64,000 nucleotides of DNA from Planctomycetota bacterium (GTDB lineage Bacteria; Planctomycetota; UBA8108; SXIK01), in NCBI GenBank assembly GCA_965223845.1, contig CBDCXR010000004.1:3648001-3712000 (forward strand). The letters are read 5' to 3'. Position numbers and translations under genes: made by a program. The notes under the pieces were generated by a model. It had not been told where the DNA came from. It searched no databases and saw only the letters and a program-made list of their open reading frames with translations. Shown piece by piece: positions 56,544-64,000 of this stretch; position 1 is the first letter of the stretch; the number at the start of each line of letters is the position of its first letter.

Positions 56544-59500
56544 ATGAAGAGTGCTTGGACGAGCGCCGCGATTCTCCTTGGATTCGCAGCCCCTTCGATC
56601 GCGATGGCGCAGGTACGAATCGCGGAGATCATGTACAACCCCGCGCAAGGCGAGGTGCTCGAGTACATCGAGATCGAGAACGCCGGTGAGACGCCGGCGG
56701 CGATCGGTGGCTGGGCGTTCACGAACGGCGTCGCGTTTACGTTTCCCGAAGGACTCACTCTCGACGCAGGTGCGATCGTCGTCGTGCCCGCGTCGCGGGA
56801 CGATTTCATTGCGGCGTATCCGGACGTTCCGGGCGAGATCGTTCTCGAAGGCTACGAGGGACGCCTCGCAAACGGCGGCGAACGAGTCACCCTCTCGAAC
56901 GCCGAGGGAACGATCGAAGACACGCTTCGCTACGACGACAACCCACCCTGGGACTTCCTCGCGGACGGATTCGGTGCGTCGCTCGAGCGACTGTGCTTCG
57001 ACAGCGCCGCGGACGCGCCCGAAAACTGGCGCGCAACCGAGGTCCCCGCCGACCCCGAGGTCACTTTCGGCGGAACCCCTGGTCGATCTCGCGCCGAGGA
57101 AATCTGCCCTCCCGTGTTCGCAGCGAAGCCGCGCGTGTTCTTCTCGGAAATCCACTATCACGCAGTGCTCGAGGAATCGCTCGAAGACGCCCACGAGTTC
57201 CTCGAGGTCCACAACGCCGGCGACGTGCCGGTCGACCTTGCCGGCTGGCGCATCGCGGCCGGAGTCGAGTTTTCGTTTCCGGACGGCGCGACACTCGCCG
57301 CCGGCGCGTACGCTGTGATTGCGAAAGACCCCGAAAAGCTCGCGGCCGTCGAAGGCTTCGAGCACCTCGCCGACGCGCCGCTCTTCGGCCCGTACGAGCG
57401 CACGCTCGACAACGGCGGCGAAAAGATCGCGCTCGTCAGCGCAGCGGGTCAGGGCATCGATTCCGTCAACTACGACGACGAAGCGCCGTGGCCCGTCGGG
57501 GCCGACGCACTCGGTGCGGGGGCGTCGTGGCTCCGCGAAGAGCTTCTCCCGCTCGAGTCGCATCGTCACAAAGGTCACTCTCTCGAGCGTGTGAGCTTCG
57601 ACGTCCCGTCGGGAGTCGTCGCGAACTGGGCGCCGTCGCCGCTCGATGGCATGACGCCCGGCCGCGCGAACGCGTCCGCGCGCACCGAGCTTCTGCCGAT
57701 CGTCGACGATATCGATCTCGTCGTCGTCGGCTCGGAGGATCGTTTTATCCGCGCAAACGAAGTGGTACGCGTCGAGGTCGAATTCGCCCCGAGAGCCCCG
57801 AGCGCAGCGGTGCTCGACTACTTCGTCGAAGACGTCGCGGCGGACGACGAGAGGGTGAACGAAGTTCCGCTCGTCGTCGACGGCGAGCGGTGGGTCGCGG
57901 AGATTCCGGGCCATCTCGACAACACGATCATCCGCTACCGCGTGCGCGCCGATACCGGCGGCGGCCTCGAGCTCGTCTCGCCGCGTCCGACGGATCCGAA
58001 CGGGTGGTACGCATACTTCGTCATGCCGGTGATCGAGACCGAAACGCGTACGTATCACGTGTTCATCTCGCCCGCGAACTGGACGCAGCTCAATCGCAAC
58101 ATCTCACCGCACTCGCGCGTCTCGGGGTGCGCGCTCAATCCTCGGTGGAACGCGCGCGAGCGTGCGATCGTCGTTCAGGGGCGACAGGTGTCCGACGCGC
58201 TCGTTCGCTACCAGGGGAGCCGCTGGAACCGAGGGAACGGACCGCAAATCTCCTGGCGACACCCCGGTCCGTCCGGCGGAGTGCGAGCTCTCAGTTGGCG
58301 CGTCCAGGTCCCGCGGTACGCGGAGATCGACGGTCGCGGGGTGATGGTCTTCAACAAACTCACGCAAGGATGCCCCGGGCACAACGCGGGCGTCGGATAC
58401 CGCCTCTTTGCGGCCGCCGATATTCCTTCGCCGCGAACGCGCTACGCGAGGCTCCACATCAACGGCGGGTACTACCATTACGCGATGGAGTACGAGCGCC
58501 CCGGCGAAGAAATGATACGCCGGCACAACCGCGAGATGGCCGAGAAGTATCCCGACCGCCCCGACGAGGACGTCGGGCACCTCTTCAAGTCGGTCGGCTG
58601 CACCTGTGACGAAGGACCGTACGGCTGGGGCGACTGGCGCAGACTGGGCGTGTTCTGCCAGCATCCGCGCGAGGTCCGCTACGCTGCGACCTACGATCGA
58701 AAGACGCACGGCTGGGCGGACAACGCCGAGCTCATCGAGCTCATCGAAGGCATGCACCGAGCTCGCGCCGAGGGAATCGATGCGATGCGCGACTTCATCC
58801 TCGCGAACTTCGACTTCGAGCTCCTCATGGACTACATCGCGATCATCAACTACTCGGTGCCCTTCGACGACATGTTTCAGAATCACTTCATCTACCAGCG
58901 CACGAGCGACGGAAAGTGGCTGTTGATGCCCTGGGACCTCGATCGCAACTTCGGTGAGTGGCAGGGCGCGAACTCGTCGTTTCTCATGGGAAGGCAGGGC
59001 GATCCATCCAACCGCTCAGGCTGGTGGCACCGTCTGAAGGACACCTTCCTCCGCGCGTTCGAGGACGAGTACCACGAGCGGCTTCTCTTCCTGAACAATA
59101 CGATCCTCCACCCCGACCGCATCGCCGAGCTCGTCGCACAGGTCACCGCGGAGGCGAGTCAGGAAGAGGCCAATCAATCACCGGCTCGCCTTCAGTGCGG
59201 GACCTTCGCGAGTCGAGCGGCGACATTCAACTCGTTTGCGATCACGCGCCACAACTTGATCAATTCGCGCCTCGCCGGAGTCGACGTCGAGGCGGGACGC
59301 GACCAAACCGTGTTCGTCGGCGAGACGGTGCAGTTCGATGCGTCGGAGTCGGAGCCGGCGCCGGGACCCGAAATCGATTACACCTGGTCGAATGGCATGG
59401 TCGGCGCGACGCCGACTTTCGTCTTCGAGGAGGCGGGAACGTACGAGATCGAGCTCACGATCACGAAGGGGAACATTCCGTTCACAGACTCCGTGACGAT

Positions 59501-60335
59501 CGAGGTCCTCGCCGTTCCGCCGACGGCGTTCGCGGAACGCGACGCATCGGTCGTCATCGAAGGCGAGAGCTACTTCCAGATTCTCCGTCGCGATCGCGAG
59601 GACACGTGGTGGGTCGACTCGACGGAGGTCGAAGGGTTCTCCGGGAACGGCTACGTTCACGCGTTCGAGGAGCGCCGGAGAACATTTTCCTCCGGGTACT
59701 CGACGACCGCACCCGAGCTTCGCTACGCGATCGAGTTCACGACTGCGGGAACGTATTTCGTCTGGGTCCGCGGATTCGTGCCGAGCACGCGCACCGATAC
59801 GGTCAACCTGAACCTCGGCGGAGTCGAGCGCAGCTCGCGCGCGGCCACCGACTTCGAGGTCGACGAGGAAAACTACATCTGGTCGGGGATCGATCGTGAC
59901 GAGAATCCGCAGACCGTAGTCGTCGCGGAACCCGGTCTCGAGATGCTGTCCATATGGATACGAGAGAGCGGGTTCAGTCTCGACAAGGTCGTCCTCACGC
60001 AGGACGAGACCTTCGTGCCGGAAGGATTAGGCCCCGACGAATCGCAGCAGGTGCCGACGGGAGGAGAAGCAGCTACGTTCGTTCGCGGTGACGTGAATGC
60101 GGACGAGAGGATCAACGTCACCGACGCGATCGCGATTCTGCTCCACCTCTTCGCCGGCAAAGGGAGCGTCGCCTGCGCCGATCACGGCGACATCGACGAC
60201 GATGGCTCGCTCGCGATCAACGACGCGATTCGGCTGCTCACCTACCTCTTTCAGCGCGGAGCGCCACCCGCCGCGCCGTTCCCGAACCCGGGTCTCGATC
60301 CGACGGCCGACGCGAACGATTGCGGCGATCGTTAG
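56544..60335 (+). CDS. Secreted protein: two lamin-tail domains, CotH-like kinase, PKD, carbohydrate-binding-like domain, C-terminal dockerin
   Basis: IAEIMYNP..EYIEIEN and FSEIHYH..EFLEVHN; NHFIY...WLLMPWDLD; VEAGRDQ..FDAS PKD; FVRGDVNAD/GDIDDDG dockerin. Confidence 0.88.
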   Translation: MKSAWTSAAILLGFAAPSIAMAQVRIAEIMYNPAQGEVLEYIEIENAGETPAAIGGWAFTNGVAFTFPEGLTLDAGAIVVVPASRDDFIAAYPDVPGEIVLEGYEGRLANGGERVTLSNAEGTIEDTLRYDDNPPWDFLADGFGASLERLCFDSAADAPENWRATEVPADPEVTFGGTPGRSRAEEICPPVFAAKPRVFFSEIHYHAVLEESLEDAHEFLEVHNAGDVPVDLAGWRIAAGVEFSFPDGATLAAGAYAVIAKDPEKLAAVEGFEHLADAPLFGPYERTLDNGGEKIALVSAAGQGIDSVNYDDEAPWPVGADALGAGASWLREELLPLESHRHKGHSLERVSFDVPSGVVANWAPSPLDGMTPGRANASARTELLPIVDDIDLVVVGSEDRFIRANEVVRVEVEFAPRAPSAAVLDYFVEDVAADDERVNEVPLVVDGERWVAEIPGHLDNTIIRYRVRADTGGGLELVSPRPTDPNGWYAYFVMPVIETETRTYHVFISPANWTQLNRNISPHSRVSGCALNPRWNARERAIVVQGRQVSDALVRYQGSRWNRGNGPQISWRHPGPSGGVRALSWRVQVPRYAEIDGRGVMVFNKLTQGCPGHNAGVGYRLFAAADIPSPRTRYARLHINGGYYHYAMEYERPGEEMIRRHNREMAEKYPDRPDEDVGHLFKSVGCTCDEGPYGWGDWRRLGVFCQHPREVRYAATYDRKTHGWADNAELIELIEGMHRARAEGIDAMRDFILANFDFELLMDYIAIINYSVPFDDMFQNHFIYQRTSDGKWLLMPWDLDRNFGEWQGANSSFLMGRQGDPSNRSGWWHRLKDTFLRAFEDEYHERLLFLNNTILHPDRIAELVAQVTAEASQEEANQSPARLQCGTFASRAATFNSFAITRHNLINSRLAGVDVEAGRDQTVFVGETVQFDASESEPAPGPEIDYTWSNGMVGATPTFVFEEAGTYEIELTITKGNIPFTDSVTIEVLAVPPTAFAERDASVVIEGESYFQILRRDREDTWWVDSTEVEGFSGNGYVHAFEERRRTFSSGYSTTAPELRYAIEFTTAGTYFVWVRGFVPSTRTDTVNLNLGGVERSSRAATDFEVDEENYIWSGIDRDENPQTVVVAEPGLEMLSIWIRESGFSLDKVVLTQDETFVPEGLGPDESQQVPTGGEAATFVRGDVNADERINVTDAIAILLHLFAGKGSVACADHGDIDDDGSLAINDAIRLLTYLFQRGAPPAAPFPNPGLDPTADANDCGDR

Positions 60336-60402
60336 GCAGGCGCGGGGCCGCGACATGGATCGATGGCGCTGAATTCGGTACTTTGAGTGCGGAGGAAGCG
60401 AC

Positions 60403-60885
60403 ATGAACCCATCCGCCAAAACGAAGGTGAGCGCGACGGAGAGCCGCCCCACCGAAACGCCCGTGACCCGTTCGATCCGCGTCAAGGCGATCGACCACGT
60501 GACGATCGTGGTGAGCGATCTCGAACGAAGTCGCAGTTTTTACTGCGATCTCCTCGGGATGCGCGAGATCGAACGGCCGGGGTTTCAGTTCCCGGGCCTC
60601 TGGTTCGAGGCCGATGGCACTCAGGTCCACCTGATCCTAGAATTCGACGGCTCGGCGACTCCCGGGTACGCGAACGAGACGGAGAAGACGATGAAGGGCG
60701 TCCTCCACCACTTCGCGTTTGAGGTCGACGACGCGGCGAAGGCCGCTGAGACGCTTCGAAATCACGGCGTCCGCATCAATGGCGGGCCGGTGCCGCGACC
60801 GGACGGCCCGACGCAAGTCTGGTTTTACGATCCGGACGGGCACGTGATCGAGGTGTTCGATCGGCGGTGCTCGGCTCGGGGGTGA
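60403..60885 (+). CDS. VOC (glyoxalase/bleomycin resistance) family protein
   Basis: IDHVTIVVSDLERSRSFY, HHFAFEV, DPDGHVIE. Confidence 0.92.
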   Translation: MNPSAKTKVSATESRPTETPVTRSIRVKAIDHVTIVVSDLERSRSFYCDLLGMREIERPGFQFPGLWFEADGTQVHLILEFDGSATPGYANETEKTMKGVLHHFAFEVDDAAKAAETLRNHGVRINGGPVPRPDGPTQVWFYDPDGHVIEVFDRRCSARG

Positions 60886-60940
60886 GGGTTGATGCGGTCG
60901 GTGATTCTTGAAGAAGTGTTCACCACGAAGGGCACGTGCC

Positions 60941-61864
60941 TCAGGGTCGCTGATTGAGCGACCAGTCGTAGGCCAGATACCGCACGCGGACGCGATTCGA
61001 CTCGAGGAACTTCCGGTCTTCGTCGCTCGCGTACCGCCGCACGAACGCGAGGACGCCCCGGTCGTTCCCGCCGAAGTCTTCCTCGAACCAGTCGAAGATC
61101 TTTGAGACGTACATCGTCTTCCTGCTGCGATCGAGGTAGTTCTTTCGCTTCCCCTTGAGGTCCTTCCCGCTCTGCACCCAGCGCCGCGTCTCTTCGTCGA
61201 GTTGCTTCGAGAGGATCGGGGCTTCGTACGCCTCGGGGCGAAGCCGGGGGCAACTGCTCGCGCCGCAGACGAGCGCGGCGTGGACTCGCGGGTCCTTGTA
61301 TTTCTTCCGGAGGATTTGGTGCTCGATTTCGTCGAGCGATCGGACCTTACCCGCGACCCGGTAGGTTTCTTCCGTGAAGATGTTCTTCCCGAACAGCACC
61401 GCGTGCGGCACTTCCTTCGGTAGATCGTGCGCGATGAGAGTCCGCACGCAAATTGCGTTGTAGGCGTTGATCCAAAACGCCACCCGCTCGTCGCGCGAGC
61501 TCAAGCTGCGGAGGTCCGTGCCCGCGATCTGACGCAGGTACGCGTCGAGCTGCGAGCGAGTCTCTCGTCTGAGCTTTCGGTAGTCGATCCAGCCTTCGGG
61601 GGTCACGTGCTCACGCAAGACGCGCGTCCAGAGCTCGTGCTGGGCTTTGAAGGTCTCCTTCTTCGCCGGCCCGTCTTTGTCCTTTGTTTTCGAATCCGAT
61701 TCTTCCGTGCCCCTCTTCTCGTCGGAGGCAGCTGGTGGAGAGCGCCGCGCGTCCGACGGATCGCCGGCCTGCTCAGCAGGAATCGGTCCGCGCTCCGCGA
61801 CGACGGCGAGCGCGAGGAAGAGCGCGGCGACGGGCGAGCAGAAACTGTTCAGGTGGTTCAGCAT
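60941..61864 (-). CDS. DUF547 domain protein
   Basis: AFWINAYNA, SLDEIEH.ILR, DPRVHAALVCGASSCP, SKIFDWF, YDWSLN. Confidence 0.9.
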   Translation of the reverse strand: MLNHLNSFCSPVAALFLALAVVAERGPIPAEQAGDPSDARRSPPAASDEKRGTEESDSKTKDKDGPAKKETFKAQHELWTRVLREHVTPEGWIDYRKLRRETRSQLDAYLRQIAGTDLRSLSSRDERVAFWINAYNAICVRTLIAHDLPKEVPHAVLFGKNIFTEETYRVAGKVRSLDEIEHQILRKKYKDPRVHAALVCGASSCPRLRPEAYEAPILSKQLDEETRRWVQSGKDLKGKRKNYLDRSRKTMYVSKIFDWFEEDFGGNDRGVLAFVRRYASDEDRKFLESNRVRVRYLAYDWSLNQRP

Positions 61865-62004
61865 GGCGTCGGCTCAAGGCGTTGCGGGGTTCGAGATTCA
61901 GCGACCCTCGACTCTCCAACGATCGACGCAACCGCGCCAGTTCCTTGAAACGAGGCTGCGGTGAACCGGCGCTTCCGAGCGCTCGGCCCCGCCTTGGGCA
62001 AGCA

Positions 62005-62043
62005 AACGGGCCGAGGGACGCGCGACGCCTCCCTCGGCCCGTT
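62005..62043 (-). terminator. Hairpin, probable terminator downstream of ferredoxin
   Basis: Perfect 14-bp stem AACGGGCCGAGGGA/TCCCTCGGCCCGTT; weak U tail. Confidence 0.6.
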
Positions 62044-62113
62044 CTCTATCTAACCCGGCTCTCTATCTAGCGACGCGCCGGGCGCCGTCCGCAGCTACCC
62101 GAAGTGGAGCGGC

Positions 62114-62470
62114 TCAACCCGCCTTCGATGGCTCGTCGACGTCGAATCCGGCTTCCTTCTCTTTCGCCTGGATCTGGTCGAGCGGGAGAGCTCCGTCGAG
62201 CGCATCCTTCTTCTCGGTGACGTTCTCGCCGTCCTCGAAGAGCTCCGCGTTCTTCGCGGTCCATTCCTGATAACACTCGGGGAGCTCGGACTCCGGCCAG
62301 ATCGCGTTGATCGGACACTCGGGCACGCACAGCTCGCAGTCGATGCAGGTATCCGGATCGATCACCAGCATCGCCGGCTCCTCGATCTCGTAGAAGCAAT
62401 CGACAGGACAAACCGTACAGCAGTCCGTGTAACGGCAATCGACGCAGCGACCGGTGACTACGTGAGGCAT
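62114..62470 (-). CDS. fdxA: FdxA-type dicluster ferredoxin
   Basis: CVDCRYTDCCTVCPVDCF...CIDCELCVPECP; acidic tail. Confidence 0.9.
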   Translation of the reverse strand: MPHVVTGRCVDCRYTDCCTVCPVDCFYEIEEPAMLVIDPDTCIDCELCVPECPINAIWPESELPECYQEWTAKNAELFEDGENVTEKKDALDGALPLDQIQAKEKEAGFDVDEPSKAG

Positions 62471-62550
62471 GTTGGCTCCCCTCCGCGGGGCGTGCTGGTG
62501 TGTTTAAGTCCGGGCTAAGAATCGGGTTGGCTCCCGCGCAACCCACGTTT

Positions 62551-62579
62551 CCTATACCACTTCGGCCAGAGGGCGACAA
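62551..62579 (-). promoter_or_regulatory. Putative promoter of ferredoxin
   Basis: TTGTCG-17 nt-TATAGG with TG extension. Confidence 0.35.
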
Positions 62580-62673
62580 GGGGCTTCCACCTGCCGAGAG
62601 CGACCGCGTTATCGGTCGAGTTGAGCCGTACATTCGCGCTCGAAAGAATCGTCGCGATCTCGTCTCGACGGGC

Positions 62674-63669
62674 TCAGAGTTCGGGTGCGTCCACGTCGAC
62701 GAACGCCTCCTCGATCATTCCGAGCTCGGCCGGACCCAGGCGGATCTCCGCCGCGCGAGCGTTCTCGCGCGCCTGCGCTTCACTCCGCGCGCCGACTAGC
62801 GCCGCGGTGATTCCGGGCTGCGCGAGCACCCAGGCGACCGCGAGGTTCGCGAGCGAGGTGCCGAAGTCCGACGCGATCGGAGCGATGCGCTCGAGCGCGC
62901 GCGCGACGCGCGCCCGGACGTCCGCCTGAAACCAAGGGTGCTTCGCGCGGTGGTCGGTGTCCGGAAACTCACGCGCGGCCTCGATCTTTCCCGTCAGGAG
63001 CCCCCGCGCCATCGGGCTGTAGCAGATCACCCCCACCGCGTTCTCGCGGCACCAGGGGAGGACGTTTTCCTCGATCCCCCGGTCGAGAAGATTGAACTGC
63101 GGCTGCGAGCTCGCGATTCCCGTTCGCTCGTGAGCGCGATCGAGGAGGTCGACCGAGAAATTGCTGACCCCGATCGCCCGGATCTTGCCTTCGTCTCGCA
63201 GGCGAACGAGCTCGTCGAGGGCGTCGTCGATTCCGTGCCGCGGATCGGGCCAGTGGATCTGGTAGAGATCGATCGAGTCGACTCCGAGCCGGCGGAGGCT
63301 GTTCTCGCACTCCTCGCGCACGCTAGCTGGCATTAGGTTGTAGTGGATGCGCGCTTCCTTCCCGCCGGGAATCGGATACTGCATCTTGAGCTCGCCGTCT
63401 TCGCGATCCCAGCGAAGCCCGCACTTCGTCGCGATGACGAGATCGTCGCGGCGTCCGGCGATCGCCCGGCCGACGATCTCCTCGCTGCGACCGAGACCGT
63501 ACGCCGGCGCCGTGTCGATCGTCGTCACTCCGGCGTCGATGCTCGCCTGAATGGCTCGGATCGACTCGCTCTCGTCCTGGCCGCCCCACATGGTGCCGCC
63601 GATCGCCCACGCGCCGAGAACGACGCGCGATACTGCGATGTCACTCGTTCCGAGCTGAACGTTCTCCAT
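62674..63669 (-). CDS. Aldo/keto reductase
   Basis: LGAWAIGG, IDTAPAYG, IATKCG, IDLYQIHWP, IGVSNF, YSPMARGLL. Confidence 0.95.
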   Translation of the reverse strand: MENVQLGTSDIAVSRVVLGAWAIGGTMWGGQDESESIRAIQASIDAGVTTIDTAPAYGLGRSEEIVGRAIAGRRDDLVIATKCGLRWDREDGELKMQYPIPGGKEARIHYNLMPASVREECENSLRRLGVDSIDLYQIHWPDPRHGIDDALDELVRLRDEGKIRAIGVSNFSVDLLDRAHERTGIASSQPQFNLLDRGIEENVLPWCRENAVGVICYSPMARGLLTGKIEAAREFPDTDHRAKHPWFQADVRARVARALERIAPIASDFGTSLANLAVAWVLAQPGITAALVGARSEAQARENARAAEIRLGPAELGMIEEAFVDVDAPEL

Positions 63670-63975
63670 CGGTATGTCGGATTCTTTCCGGGTGGGAAAC
63701 TCGATCGACTCTTTCGCAGCGGAGAGCGTACCACGCGGTCACTGCGGCTGTCAGCGCGGGCCGATTCCGCGCGCTGAGCTGTGCGGCATTTCGACGCAGG
63801 GAGCGCCGCCGGCAGCGCTATTGACCCCCTCGCACGAAAATCGCAAACTACGGCCTCTCGTGGAGCGAGGCGGAGTCCGATCGGGCCCGGCTTGACCTCC
63901 TCGCGAGCGTGCCGAGCGTTCCGCTCGTCGCTTGCGTACTCAACCGACGCGACCTCAGAAGGAGACGCGAGTCTC

Positions 63976-64000
63976 ATGAGTCAAGCCGCCGTCGTCCCCG
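63976..64000 (+). CDS. Probable start of a CDS running off the window
   Basis: SD GAAGGAG then ATG AGT CAA GCC...; upstream TTGACC-17 nt-CAAACT at 63821-63849. Confidence 0.4.

Noticed and set aside
1-64000. tRNA, rRNA, tmRNA, CRISPR, IS, integrase or prophage
   Set aside because: No cloverleaf/T-loop context, spaced direct repeats, or transposase/integrase/phage motifs seen on manual reading

Overview
A 64-kb, gene-dense, high-GC bacterial chromosome segment, most likely from an uncultured Planctomycetota lineage. The taxonomic call is an inference from planctomycete-type C-terminal dockerins, a CRTAC1/ASPIC-UnbV protein, HEAT-vWA proteins, a lamin-tail/CotH protein and hpnH. About 50 CDSs are supportable: scattered housekeeping genes (gltX, leuB, argS, infA, proA, tpx, dusB, mgtE, hpnH, ferredoxin), generic enzymes and transporters, and many secreted or surface proteins. 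I saw no rRNA, tRNA, CRISPR array, transposase, integrase or phage gene. The most interesting signals are: (1) a cohesin-like protein whose C-terminus carries an unusual internal TM/Arg-cluster/lipobox/poly-Gly anchor, together with two unlinked dockerin-bearing proteins, suggesting a cellulosome-like surface display system; (2) an exosortase plus a partner fused to a SEC-C motif; (3) a TIMP/NTR-like protein translationally coupled to a matrixin-type protease; (4) a HEAT/HD-GYP/kinase-STAND operon whose first two proteins share an unnamed N-terminal domain; (5) a candidate stand-alone sRNA at about 51437-51520. All domain calls are by-eye motif recognition with no database search. Start codons were re-picked manually and several are uncertain.
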